The notes under the pieces were generated by a model, which worked only from the letters and a program-made list of their open reading frames with translations, ran no database searches and was not told the origin of the DNA. DNA of 64,000 nt, taken from contig OY970194.1 of assembly GCA_963708075.1 (NCBI GenBank), forward strand, positions 1,344,001 through 1,408,000. Direction: 5' to 3'. Origin of the DNA: Sedimentisphaerales bacterium. Lineage in GTDB: Bacteria; Planctomycetota; Phycisphaerae; Sedimentisphaerales; Anaerobacaceae. This document shows positions 40,036 to 49,054 of this stretch, in pieces; positions within the stretch are counted from its first letter, which is position 1, and each line of letters opens with the position of its first letter. Made by a program: the position numbers and the translations under genes.

Positions 40036-41447
40036 GGCTGATGGAACTTCATCAAGGCGTTGGGACCCACCGAGTAGACGCTGTCGTGCGTCACGACCGG
40101 GCTGTTGCCGCAGCCGTCGACCTGGCTGACCACGAACCCGGGATCGCCGGGGCGTCGAGTGACATCAAGGACATAGAGAGAGCCGTTGCCATTCGGACGC
40201 CACGAGAAGTCGTAGTACGGCTCGCTTTGCGCACCTACGTAGAGCATGCCTGATGCGTAAGTGGGTTGAGCGATCCAGCCTCCCACCGTGACGTCAGGCA
40301 GGTCCACCGATGTGTCCCACATCATCTCCGCCCTGTCCCCAAGATCACGAAACGCCTGGACTTTGGGCTTTGAGTCGTAGTCGCCCGCTGCGCCGCCGCT
40401 GACGAAAATCATCTCCCCGACTACTACAGGGATCGTATCGGTACGTTCGACCGCTGCCGTCCAGGCGATCCGCCCGTCGTTGCAGTCGATCTTGACGAGC
40501 GTGGAGTTGTTCTCCCCGGTGTCCCGGTCCCAGAGATACGTGGCGGCATAGAGGAATCCGTCTTGGGTCAGGGTCACGCCCCCACAGAACGGACCCACAA
40601 TCCGATGGTTGGGGTCGGCCGCGATCCAGTCTTCACTGGGAGCCGTCCAGATCGGCTCGTCCGGCTCGGACGCTGCACTTGCGTCGAATGCATGAACGTG
40701 TCCGCCGGCTCGTTTGTCTGCTCGTTTCTCTGCGCTTGCGACATACACACATCCGTCCAGGTAGCTTGGTGAGTTTCCCAGCGTGTTGCCCAGGTGGTAT
40801 CGCCACAGGATCTGGCCCGGCTCATACGGATTATTCGGCTCGTTGGCGTCCAGATTGATGCAGTAGAGATGCCCCTGGCCGTCCGCTGTTCCGTATCCGG
40901 CGTCCGTGAGAAACGCGCGTGCGTGGGGCAAATCCAGGGCCACACAAATGGATGCGTTGACTACAGGCCCGTCCAGTTCCGCGGGAGCATCCCAAATGGA
41001 ACTGCCGTCGTTGGCGTCGAGGGCGAATACCCTGAATCTCGAGCCGATCAGCACGGCGTTGTGCTTCGTATCCACGCAGGGTGTCGACCAGGAGCCCCCG
41101 TCGGAAGCCTGGTCGACAAGGGTGGACCAGAGCAGCCGGCCTGAGTCCGCGTCCCACGCCGCCACCTTGCTGTTCGGTTCTTCATCGCACCTTGCATAGG
41201 CAAAGACTTTGCCGGCATATAACACGGGACCGGTGGCCCCCTCGAACTCGATCTGCCGATTCGGGTCCTGCGGATCCGTCGTGGCCTCCCAGGCCAGAGT
41301 ATCGGCATTCAGAGTATTCGGCCCATCCACCGCAATGAACTGCCGGGAAGCATCTCCCCCCAGATGTGTCCACTCCTGTGGCTCCGCCGCCGCCAGACTT
41401 GCTGCAAAACCTGCCAGAACTGCAATCGCCCAGACGTGCCTTCTCAT
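40032..41447 (-). CDS. Secreted PQQ-like (BamB-type) beta-propeller protein
   Basis: Signal peptide, AAGGAG RBS, repeated 'AWDADSGRLLW', 'ALDANDGSSIW', 'IDCNDGRIAW'. Confidence 0.85.
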   Translation of the reverse strand: MRRHVWAIAVLAGFAASLAAAEPQEWTHLGGDASRQFIAVDGPNTLNADTLAWEATTDPQDPNRQIEFEGATGPVLYAGKVFAYARCDEEPNSKVAAWDADSGRLLWSTLVDQASDGGSWSTPCVDTKHNAVLIGSRFRVFALDANDGSSIWDAPAELDGPVVNASICVALDLPHARAFLTDAGYGTADGQGHLYCINLDANEPNNPYEPGQILWRYHLGNTLGNSPSYLDGCVYVASAEKRADKRAGGHVHAFDASAASEPDEPIWTAPSEDWIAADPNHRIVGPFCGGVTLTQDGFLYAATYLWDRDTGENNSTLVKIDCNDGRIAWTAAVERTDTIPVVVGEMIFVSGGAAGDYDSKPKVQAFRDLGDRAEMMWDTSVDLPDVTVGGWIAQPTYASGMLYVGAQSEPYYDFSWRPNGNGSLYVLDVTRRPGDPGFVVSQVDGCGNSPVVTHDSVYSVGPNALMKFHQP

Positions 41448-41496
41448 TTGATCGCTCCTTTCCGAGACTGTGCCCCTGACGCGGGAGCACGCCAAT

Positions 41497-41530
41497 AAAA
41501 AAACCGTCGTTCTCGCGAGAGAAACGACGG
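41497..41530 (-). terminator. Intrinsic terminator in the riboswitch expression platform
   Basis: Minus strand hairpin CCGTCGTT...AACGACGG followed by T7. Confidence 0.8.
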
Positions 41531-41630
41531 CTATCATTGGCGATTGCCTGCAGATCGTGCTGTGAATAGGTCAGCTCGATCACACGTGCGTTCCAGGTCG
41601 CGAGAACACAATACAATGTGCGGCTAACCA

Positions 41631-41804
41631 CAGGCAGGTTTTCTGACTCGCGTCCTACGTCGAGGCCCTTCCCATTCGCACGCGCGAACAGTGGATAACA
41701 CCTCTCGGATTTCCGATAGCCATCGGAGCGAACGCTTACAGCGGCGCGACCGTCGCGGAATTTCACCGCGTTCCCATTTCAGTATCTCAAAGTCCCGAGA
41801 CCTG
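41631..41804 (-). ncRNA. Cobalamin (B12) riboswitch
   Basis: Minus strand AGGT...AAATGGGAACGCGGTGAAATTCCGCGACGGTCGCGCCGCTGTAA...CCACTG...TGGGAAGG...GAGTCAGAAAACCTGCCTG. Confidence 0.92.
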
Positions 41805-41966
41805 CAGTCAGGTTATGCACTTCCCAAAGAGCTGACGCGATGCTACGGGGCAGGTGCGGGACTGTCAATCAGAAAATGACTGATGACATCTTTTTTTTGC
41901 GTCGAGGGGGTAAACACGTGTGCGTCGGCGCATCGCAAGTGTCTGGCGTTGAGCATGTCGCTCGCC

Positions 41967-42058
41967 GGGTGGCACCGCCAAACTCGTTTGACGGTGCTGA
42001 TTCGACGGGACCCGCCGACTCTAAGCCCCACGGGCAAACGAGTTTGCCCGTGCCACCC
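41967..42058. repeat. REP-like doublet, GGGTGGCAC variant
   Basis: GGGTGGCACCGCCAAACTCGTTTG...CAAACGAGTTTGCCCGTGCCACCC. Confidence 0.75.
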
Positions 42059-42095
42059 AGGATTGGGCTCTTCCAGGCAGGACACGTGCGCTGAC

Positions 42096-42821
42096 TTATC
42101 GGCGACGCGAGTCCGACCGCCGCGTGCGGCCATACGTATTGCCGATGGCGTTCGAAAGGCCCTGATCGCGGGGGATGCTGCGGGCCCCGGCGGGGCCGTA
42201 CATGCCTGAGCCGGGACCGGTGCCGTAGCCGCCGGGAGCCATCATCAAGCCGCTGTACAATCCGTTATATCCCATGCCGCCGAAGCCCATCGGCAGGAAG
42301 AAATATCTTGCCGGCTCGGCCACCAGGTCGCTGACATCGTAGACGCGCGTCACCCTCTTTGATGGTCGCAGACTGCCGGTTGTCCCGATGGTAACGACGC
42401 CGTCTTTCACGGTGTAGCCGAGCGTTGCCGAGGCGGTGCTCGAGAGGGAAACCAGGAGCAGCTCAAGATATTGGCGGACGCGCAGTCCTGGAACGCCATC
42501 GATTCCGATAGGTGTCTCCCTGTAGACGCCGGCGTTTTCCTCAATCTCCTTCCAGAGCACGACGATATTCATCGGCGGCGCGGTGGAGTTCTTCAGGATA
42601 TCCATGGCCTCACGGAACGACATCTCCGGCGTGAATGAGGCCGGTGTGCGTTTCGCGGGGGTTGCAGGCTTGCTCGGAGCCGGTTTCGTGGCCTTCGGCG
42701 TCTTCCCCTTTTCCGCCGAGCGTACAGTTGGATTCGCCGCATGTACCGTCGTCGAGAGGAGTATAATAGCCATAGCCACCGCTGTTGCGGCTTCCATCGC
42801 CGGGCATCGTCGTCTGCTCAT
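42096..42821 (-). CDS. Secreted protein resembling a secretin N-terminal (STN-like) domain, with Gly-rich tail
   Basis: Signal peptide; 'LGYTVKDGVVTI', 'TRVYDVSDLV'. Confidence 0.6.
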   Translation of the reverse strand: MSRRRCPAMEAATAVAMAIILLSTTVHAANPTVRSAEKGKTPKATKPAPSKPATPAKRTPASFTPEMSFREAMDILKNSTAPPMNIVVLWKEIEENAGVYRETPIGIDGVPGLRVRQYLELLLVSLSSTASATLGYTVKDGVVTIGTTGSLRPSKRVTRVYDVSDLVAEPARYFFLPMGFGGMGYNGLYSGLMMAPGGYGTGPGSGMYGPAGARSIPRDQGLSNAIGNTYGRTRRSDSRRR

Positions 42822-42949
42822 CTCTGATCCTCCTGAATCGCTTTCGAGCAGAGATGGTTCTCACTCTTTTGAAATCGCTTTTCTTGGCGTACCGCAATCC
42901 ATTGAAGCACAGCGCGTTAACGATGTCAAACGGAAACCCGACGCTTCTC

Positions 42950-44335
42950 TCACTTCTTGATCAGATCCGTGCCGGCGTACGGGTCTTTCTTCACCAGAGA
43001 CTGGGCATTGGCGACGATATGCGGCGACGTTCTGCGCAGCTCGTCCAGCGTTCTCGTTGCCGCCGTGACCACGCGGGCGTTCTGCTCGGTCGCGATGATT
43101 TCCTCAAGCAGGGCGTAGGTCCTGGCGCTCGGGAAATTCCGTAGTGCGTAGATCGCCGCCGTTCTACCGCCGTCGGCGGAAACCTCCTTATTGCCCGCGG
43201 CGGCGTAGAGCAGGGCGTCCTGCGCCTGGGGCTCTTTGATCTGGCTGATCGTATTGACCAGGTAGCCGCTCTCGCCGGGGGGCGTGGCCTCGAGCTTACG
43301 CATCAGGTAGCTGATGGCCTGTGGATCGCCGGTCTTCCCAAGCGCCTCCACAGCCGCCCGCGCGAGCGCATCCTGCGGCGCCGAGGCGACGTCGCCTGCC
43401 AGCGATATGAGCGAATCTGTCGCCTTGGACGAGTGGATGTTGCCGATCAACTGGGCGATCCGCTCGGTGTCTCTCACATCCGTCGCCCCGTCGAACCTCG
43501 CGATCAACTCGTCAAGGATGGGCGTGTCGGCCATGCGGGCAAGGGCCTCGCCGGCCGCTCTCAGGACCGTTGAATCCGCCGTGGTCAGGACGTTGTCGAG
43601 CAGGATGGGCCAGCTCTCATGATTGTTGATGCCGGCGACTCGTTTGGCCAACTCCTCCTTGTACTGTCCCTCCTTGATTTGGGTCAGCGTATCGAGCAAT
43701 GTCGATGTGGCCAGCGGCGACCCTATTCTGGCGAGCGCCTCGGCCGCCCACATGCCCGCCTCACCCTGCTCGCGGGCGATCACCTGCGTCAGTGGTGCGA
43801 TCACCCGGTCGCCCAGCGCGACGAGCTCATCCAGACACTGCTTGATCCTGGCGTGATCTTTCTCCTGGATGGCCTCCTGCAGCATGAGGATGATCCGGCC
43901 GGTACTGTCCATCGCCTGCAGACCACCGCGGCGGCCGGTTCCGTCCTCAGTGACAGTCTCGCGTGTCTCCGCCTCCCGCCCCTGCGCCTCTTGAGCCAGT
44001 GGCGGACGTTCTGTCATCTGCGACAGCTCGCCTGCCCCCGAGTCGATTCTCCTTCGGGGCACCCGTCCCGTGCTGTCGTCAGTGACGGCCGTCAGGTCCG
44101 GCGATCTTGCGGCGGAGTCACGTGCTGCCAGTCCTGCAGACTCCGTATCCACGGGGCCGACCGGTCCTTGATGCTGAATCGAGCGGTTCACCACATACAG
44201 AACGACGAGCGTGGCCAGCAGCGCCGCGGGAAAGGCCAGAAGCGGCCACTCGAATTGCTTGCCACGGCCTTGCGGGCAGGCAGAGGCCGCAGGTGACGGT
44301 GTCGAACTCTTCTTGTTGCGATGAATGCTCTTCAT
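42950..44335 (-). CDS. Membrane-anchored HEAT-repeat protein
   Basis: N-terminal TM; 'AAEALARIG', 'AAGEALARMA', 'AAVEALGKTGDPQA'. Confidence 0.85.
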   Translation of the reverse strand: MKSIHRNKKSSTPSPAASACPQGRGKQFEWPLLAFPAALLATLVVLYVVNRSIQHQGPVGPVDTESAGLAARDSAARSPDLTAVTDDSTGRVPRRRIDSGAGELSQMTERPPLAQEAQGREAETRETVTEDGTGRRGGLQAMDSTGRIILMLQEAIQEKDHARIKQCLDELVALGDRVIAPLTQVIAREQGEAGMWAAEALARIGSPLATSTLLDTLTQIKEGQYKEELAKRVAGINNHESWPILLDNVLTTADSTVLRAAGEALARMADTPILDELIARFDGATDVRDTERIAQLIGNIHSSKATDSLISLAGDVASAPQDALARAAVEALGKTGDPQAISYLMRKLEATPPGESGYLVNTISQIKEPQAQDALLYAAAGNKEVSADGGRTAAIYALRNFPSARTYALLEEIIATEQNARVVTAATRTLDELRRTSPHIVANAQSLVKKDPYAGTDLIKK

Positions 44336-44762
44336 ATCGGTCTCACAGGTCTGGTCCCGGGTGACTTGCGGAGGAGGCAGGCCGCCCGGCTCGATTATTC
44401 GATTCTACACCATTAGACACACATACCGGCATTAAATTCCTCTTCCTATGTCGGATCGAGGGGGGCCGGAAATAAGCACGCGGAGCAGCTTGGCTCGCAT
44501 TATCCGTGTCCTCGCCGGAAATACAGCGGTCGGCTGAACTTATGTGCAGGAGCGCAGATCGCAAGCCCCCGCCCCGTGGTCCGAAAAGACATAAGGCCAC
44601 GAAGCAGTGATGATTAAGGGCGGGAATAGGCTCGATGGTCCTCAAACAACTCCTCGCAGAATCAAGACGGCCTAACAGCCGGAGAGCAAGGCCGCAGATT
44701 CAACACCCGCAGCATACTCTCAAATCCCATAATCCTACGCTGGTTGTTTGTTGGCAATGATC

Positions 44763-44791
44763 AGTATAGCACCGCCCCCGCCTCCCGTCAA
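44763..44791 (-). promoter_or_regulatory. sigma70-type promoter
   Basis: TTGACG-N17-TATACT. Confidence 0.6.
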
Positions 44792-44805
44792 GCCCGGATC
44801 GGACG

Positions 44806-45096
44806 ATTGGCTTTGTTTCGCAAACAGCGCGCGCTCGTAGGGGCGGGTTTCAAACCCGCCCGTGAACCCTCAAACTTGAGATTCCCATCTCAATTGGCTT
44901 TGTTTCGCACAAGGGGTCCTTCGCTCCCGACATAGAGGCCCCGCAAATTGGCTTTGTTTCGCACGATTCCTTCCCCATCGGCACAAGGGGCCACCCAGAA
45001 AGATTGGCTTTGTTTGGCGCGGCGGATTCTCTGGTGCTCCGTAGGGTGTGCATCGCACACCATCTGTCCGACAAGACAAATTGGGTTTGTTTTGCA
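44806..45096. repeat. Array of five 17-bp direct repeats ATTGGCTTTGTTTCGCA with unique spacers
   Basis: Copies at 44806, 44893, 44947 (identical), 45003 and 45080 (variants). Confidence 0.85.
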
Positions 45097-45250
45097 TAAT
45101 TGAGCACTCGCCGGCGGCGAGGAATGCCCCTTCGCGCTTGCCGGCGTCCCGCCGGTCGGGGACGATTCGTGCGTCCTGTCGCATGGCCGTATCCTCCAAC
45201 TTACCTACTTTGGCAGTCACGGTTCAGTTATTCTACCATCACACATATGC

Positions 45251-45267
45251 AGCAAATGCTGTGCCAA
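45251..45267 (-). promoter_or_regulatory. sigma54 (-24/-12) promoter pointing into the repeat array
   Basis: Minus strand TTGGCACAGCATTTGCT with GG-N10-GC spacing. Confidence 0.7.
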
Positions 45268-45495
45268 GTGAAACATGCAAATACGGCGTTTCTTCCTGGC
45301 TGTAGACAAAGGCAGGTAACCCCTCGTGGCAGAGATGGGTTTACCGATCGTGGTAGTCGGCTGCGTTTACCGCTTTCCGGGCTGCCAGCAGGATAGGCGA
45401 CATTTGCCTCAGATCCGCAAGGGCGGCACAGTTGTCCTCCGTAATCACGGTGCAGAATGAAGACACGGCTGCGGTTGCACTCCAGGGCTGATCGC

Positions 45496-46998
45496 TTACG
45501 ACCCCGAATGCGATCTTCTCCCATCCAGCAACTTGCACAGGAGAGCGGGGCATTCCGTCGCGCAGGGGTTGTGGATGCGCGCTACCCCCTGAAACGTCTC
45601 TCGATCATCTATAGTCACACCTTCGTCGCCTGTGCCTTTCGCGAATAGTGTCATAATGATCGGGCGTTTGCGGCCATCTCCCCTACGCAGCATCCGCCCA
45701 ATCCGCTGTATACGCTGCCGTGCTGCCTGTGTTGAGGCCGCAAGAATCGCACCGTCCACATCAGGAACGTCGATTCCTTCATCCAGGCAATGACAAACGA
45801 GCAATGCACCGGACTTCTGTTTCCTGAACTCTTGCAAGATTCTGTCACATTCTCCCCGATCCATTCCACTGTGATAGGTCCTGCACCACATTCCCGGAAT
45901 GTTGGCCAGTCTTCCCTGCAGACACCTTGCCGCATGCACGGGGATAGTATCATTCACCAGATCAGCGGCGGCAATTCGTTCGAAAAACACCAGTGCTTTC
46001 CTTCCACTCTCGATGAATTGCATGATCGTATTCTCAGCCAAATCCATCTTATTGGCCGCCATGTAGTATATCGCAGCTCGTTTGAACAGAAGCAGGAAGA
46101 GTCTTTCAATCTCCGGCTCATTACCCGAGCCGAGCCTGCCCATGAGTTGCTGCAGTTTCCTGAACAGCCTATGATCGGGAATATTGCGCAGTTCATCCCT
46201 GTAGCCCTGAGAGACCTTTCGAAATTGATCGCTGATCTTCTCGGATAGCTCAAAGTACTCGTCTGCCTCGCGCAGTCAGATCCACACCCACGTTCACAAG
46301 ATCAAAGGACGGGACAAGCCCGTCTCCATGGGCCTCCTGAAAAGTGTAGGTCTTGACGATTTGCCCCAGGCCATCGGTTCCATAGGGATCGATTGTAGCG
46401 GAGAGCCCCATTCGGTAGGTCCACTCGTGAGGTGGCTCGAGGATTTCCTTCCATTTCGGTGCATCAGTGTAGTGGTGGCATTCATCTGCGATCAGGAAGC
46501 TCCTATGCCGTCCGCTAGAACGTGGATCCCAGCAGTGCTCGAAGAGATCTCTTGCACGACTCAGGGCCGTCTGAATAGTCGCCACGTACGCCAGCGGTGG
46601 GACGGGGAAGGCATCCTCATATTTGCCGCCGATTCTCCCAATACGCTGGTCACGAAATCGCTCTTTGAGCTTCTCATACCATTGATCCATCAGCGCCAGA
46701 GTTGCGCAATGACCATTGTGTTGAGCCACGGGTCTTGACTGTATAGTTGCGCCAGAGCTTCGATTGCCACGTATGTCTTACCGGACCCTGTCACTGCTTC
46801 AATGATTCCTTTGCGGCCAGCTTGCTCCCAAAGTCTAATCGCTTCTGCCTGCCAGCTATAATAGTTGGGAGCACGACCCCCGTGGCGTGGATGACGTCTC
46901 AATCTCATGATGGTCTCCAATAAAGCCCCGCACTCATTTGATTTCCTCTCGCGTCGGATGTGAATATCCCATCGGCGAGTCGCCTTGCTTTTACGCAT
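45496..46998 (-). pseudogene. SF2 (ResIII/XPB-like) helicase in three frameshifted pieces
   Basis: 'AVTGSGKT' | 'ADECHH','LSAT' | 'LDEGIDVPD','QRIGRMLR'; shifts near 46707 and 46270; may be sequencing error. Confidence 0.7.
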
Positions 46999-47249
46999 AT
47001 CGTTCAGAACAGGCCATCGCTTCAGGAGAAATCACCTTGAACTGTCGGCATTCATTAGGGAGCCCCGTCTCGATGGCTCGCTACGGCTGTTTTGCCACGT
47101 GGATCGGTGGGCCCCTTGGAGGCTTCCTGCGGCGGGCCTGCCATGCTGACATGATGCGTCCGCAATGAGTTGCAAAAACGACACCGGGAGCGGGCGGGCG
47201 ATGCGTCTAAGTGCTTGTTATGTCGGCAGTTGCGGCTGTTGGCCTTGTC

Positions 47250-47265
47250 TGGCACGCGGTTTGCT
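47250..47265 (+). promoter_or_regulatory. sigma54 promoter of the Hsp20 pair
   Basis: TGGCACG-CGGT-TTGCT consensus. Confidence 0.8.
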
Positions 47266-47343
47266 TATCCTTATCTGACAAGAGAATATGGAATACCCGA
47301 TACCGTGATGAGATGTGACAGTTGAGAAAGGAGGTAATCGGCT

Positions 47344-47781
47344 ATGGTAGTGGACAGATGGTTTCCGTTCTTCGATGTGGGCAAGACGCTGGAGGAGATG
47401 GACCGGATGTTCGGGCCGTTGGGCCAGCCGGTGGGTGTGCGGAGCGTCCCCCGCGGCACGTTTCCCGCCGTCAATGTCTACGAGCAGGGTGATAAGGTCG
47501 TCCTGATGGCGGAGATCCCCGGGGTCAAGCCGGAGCAGTTGGACCTGACTGTTCTGGGTGACTCCGTGACGCTCAAGGGTGAGCGCCGGGAAGAGGACCT
47601 GCCTGATGGCGAGCGGTTCTATCGGCGAGAAAGGCCGGTGGGAGCGTTCACGCGGACGGTGACGCTACCCGAGGCCATCAATCCCGACTCGGTGCAGGCC
47701 CAGTACAAGGACGGCGTGCTGAAGGTCCGCATGGAGAAGGCCGAGCAGGCGAAAGCCAAGAAGATCACGATCAAATCATAA
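47344..47781 (+). CDS. Hsp20/alpha-crystallin family protein
   Basis: 'AEIPGV', 'GAFTRTVTLP', 'YKDGVL'; AAGGAGGT RBS. Confidence 0.95.
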   Translation: MVVDRWFPFFDVGKTLEEMDRMFGPLGQPVGVRSVPRGTFPAVNVYEQGDKVVLMAEIPGVKPEQLDLTVLGDSVTLKGERREEDLPDGERFYRRERPVGAFTRTVTLPEAINPDSVQAQYKDGVLKVRMEKAEQAKAKKITIKS

Positions 47782-47825
47782 ATCAACGGTCCGCATGGAC
47801 ATTGGATCAGTAGGAGGTTCGAAAT

Positions 47826-48218
47826 ATGGCTGCGGAACAGAGACCTGTGAAAAAGGAACAAGCCGAGGTCGTCCGCCGGGAAGAGCAGGAGCGATATTTT
47901 CAGCCCGCCACTGATATTCTGGAGACGACCGAGGGAGTGACCCTGAAGTTCGACATGCCGGGCGTGGCCAGGGAAAACGTCGATATCACGGTCGATAAGG
48001 ACACGCTCACGATCATCGGCAGGGCTGAGCCGGAAGAGGCGGGCAACCCCGTGTATCGTGAGACCTATGTCGGCGACTACCGCCGACAGTTCACGCTCAG
48101 CACGGACATGGACCCGAACAACATCGTGGCGACGATGAGCGACGGCGTGCTCACTGTAGCAGTCGGCAAGGCCGAACAGTCCAAGCCCAGGAAAGTCCAG
48201 ATCGCAGCGGCAAGATAG
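47826..48218 (+). CDS. Hsp20/alpha-crystallin family protein
   Basis: 'DMPGV', 'YRRQFTL', 'DGVLTV'. Confidence 0.95.
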   Translation: MAAEQRPVKKEQAEVVRREEQERYFQPATDILETTEGVTLKFDMPGVARENVDITVDKDTLTIIGRAEPEEAGNPVYRETYVGDYRRQFTLSTDMDPNNIVATMSDGVLTVAVGKAEQSKPRKVQIAAAR

Positions 48219-48241
48219 ACAAACCGATTCTCCATAGTCCG

Positions 48242-48275
48242 GGGCGGCGCCACAACATGGGCCGCCCTTTCCTTT
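48242..48275 (+). terminator. Probable intrinsic terminator after the Hsp20 genes
   Basis: GGGCGGC...GCCGCCC followed by TTTCCTTT. Confidence 0.55.
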
Positions 48276-48306
48276 GATAAGTGCAGGAGGGAGAAGGGCA
48301 ATCGAC

Positions 48307-48399
48307 GGGTGGCAGCGGCAAGCACAGCTTGCCGATGGCTCGTACATACTGCGGAACACCATCGGCAAGTTCCGCAGGCTCCGCTTGCCGCTGCCACCC
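48307..48399. repeat. GGGTGGCAGCGGCAAGC REP-like doublet, copy 3
   Basis: Inverted arms, near-identical to the 32402 and 34357 copies. Confidence 0.8.
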
Positions 48400-48498
48400 A
48401 TCAATTTTCAGTGCCTGGAGTCTTCACAGATACTCCGGCGGGGGTGTGGTCGGAATTCGGCGGCGGCGTGTAGCCGCCGTGTGCGGACAGCGCCTCTT

Positions 48499-48702
48499 TC
48501 GTCCCTTACGGGACTGGCTTTTGCCCTCGGCCCCGGTTCCCCAGCGATCAATCGCTGGGCTATTCTCTATCGCCCTGCGGGCTTGGACTTTGCTTCAGTC
48601 CTCTTGCGTCGGCCCGTCCGCCCCACGGGGGCGATCGACACTAGCCCACCGTTTCAACGGTGGGTACGATAGTCAATCCTATCTCAAAGCCCCGCAGGGG
48701 CG
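48499..48702. repeat. Cluster of short REP-like palindromes (CGTCCC..GGGAC / CCCAGCGATCAATCGCTGGG type)
   Basis: gtccc-ttac-gggac, cccagcgat-ca-atcgctggg, cccaccgtt-tc-aacggtggg, gcccc-gca-ggggc. Confidence 0.65.
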
Positions 48703-48877
48703 AAAGAAGACTGGGCTGCGCTCTTGTGTCGGGTGGAATCCGAATCCGCCACCGTATGCCGACCGCACCCTCCGACGGTGCGGGGGGCCGTTTGATATGG
48801 ACGCTGCCTGGGCCGCCGGATACAATCAACTGCTCGTGCAGATGTTGGATTTTGGATGCCCTTGGAGGCTCGTGAAG

Positions 48878-49006
48878 ATGGTGCGTTATCTGGCGTTATT
48901 AGTGGTGCTGGCGATCGTGCTGGGCGGCTTTGTTGTTATCAATGCCGAAGAGCATATGGCACCAGCTTGTGCGAAAGCGGACGCGGCACCTGTGACTCTT
49001 CCGTAG
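48878..49006 (+). CDS. 42-aa small membrane/secreted peptide
   Basis: GGAGG RBS; MVRYLALLVVLAIVLGGFVVINAEEHMAPACAKADAAPVTLP. Confidence 0.5.
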   Translation: MVRYLALLVVLAIVLGGFVVINAEEHMAPACAKADAAPVTLP

Positions 49007-49054
49007 TTGTGAGAGAATGCGACCGCCTGTTGTCGGATGAATTGAGCGGGAAAC

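Noticed and set aside
44806..45096. CRISPR array
   Set aside because: Repeats are only 17 bp and not palindromic, spacing is irregular, and there are no cas genes; kept as an unclassified array
45310..45410. c-di-GMP-type riboswitch
   Set aside because: The conserved GGCAAAC/GAAA/GACGCAAAG arrangement could not be matched
48281..48877. N-terminal part of the 241-aa ORF 48281-49006
   Set aside because: Runs through REP clusters; only the last 42 codons have an RBS and protein-like composition
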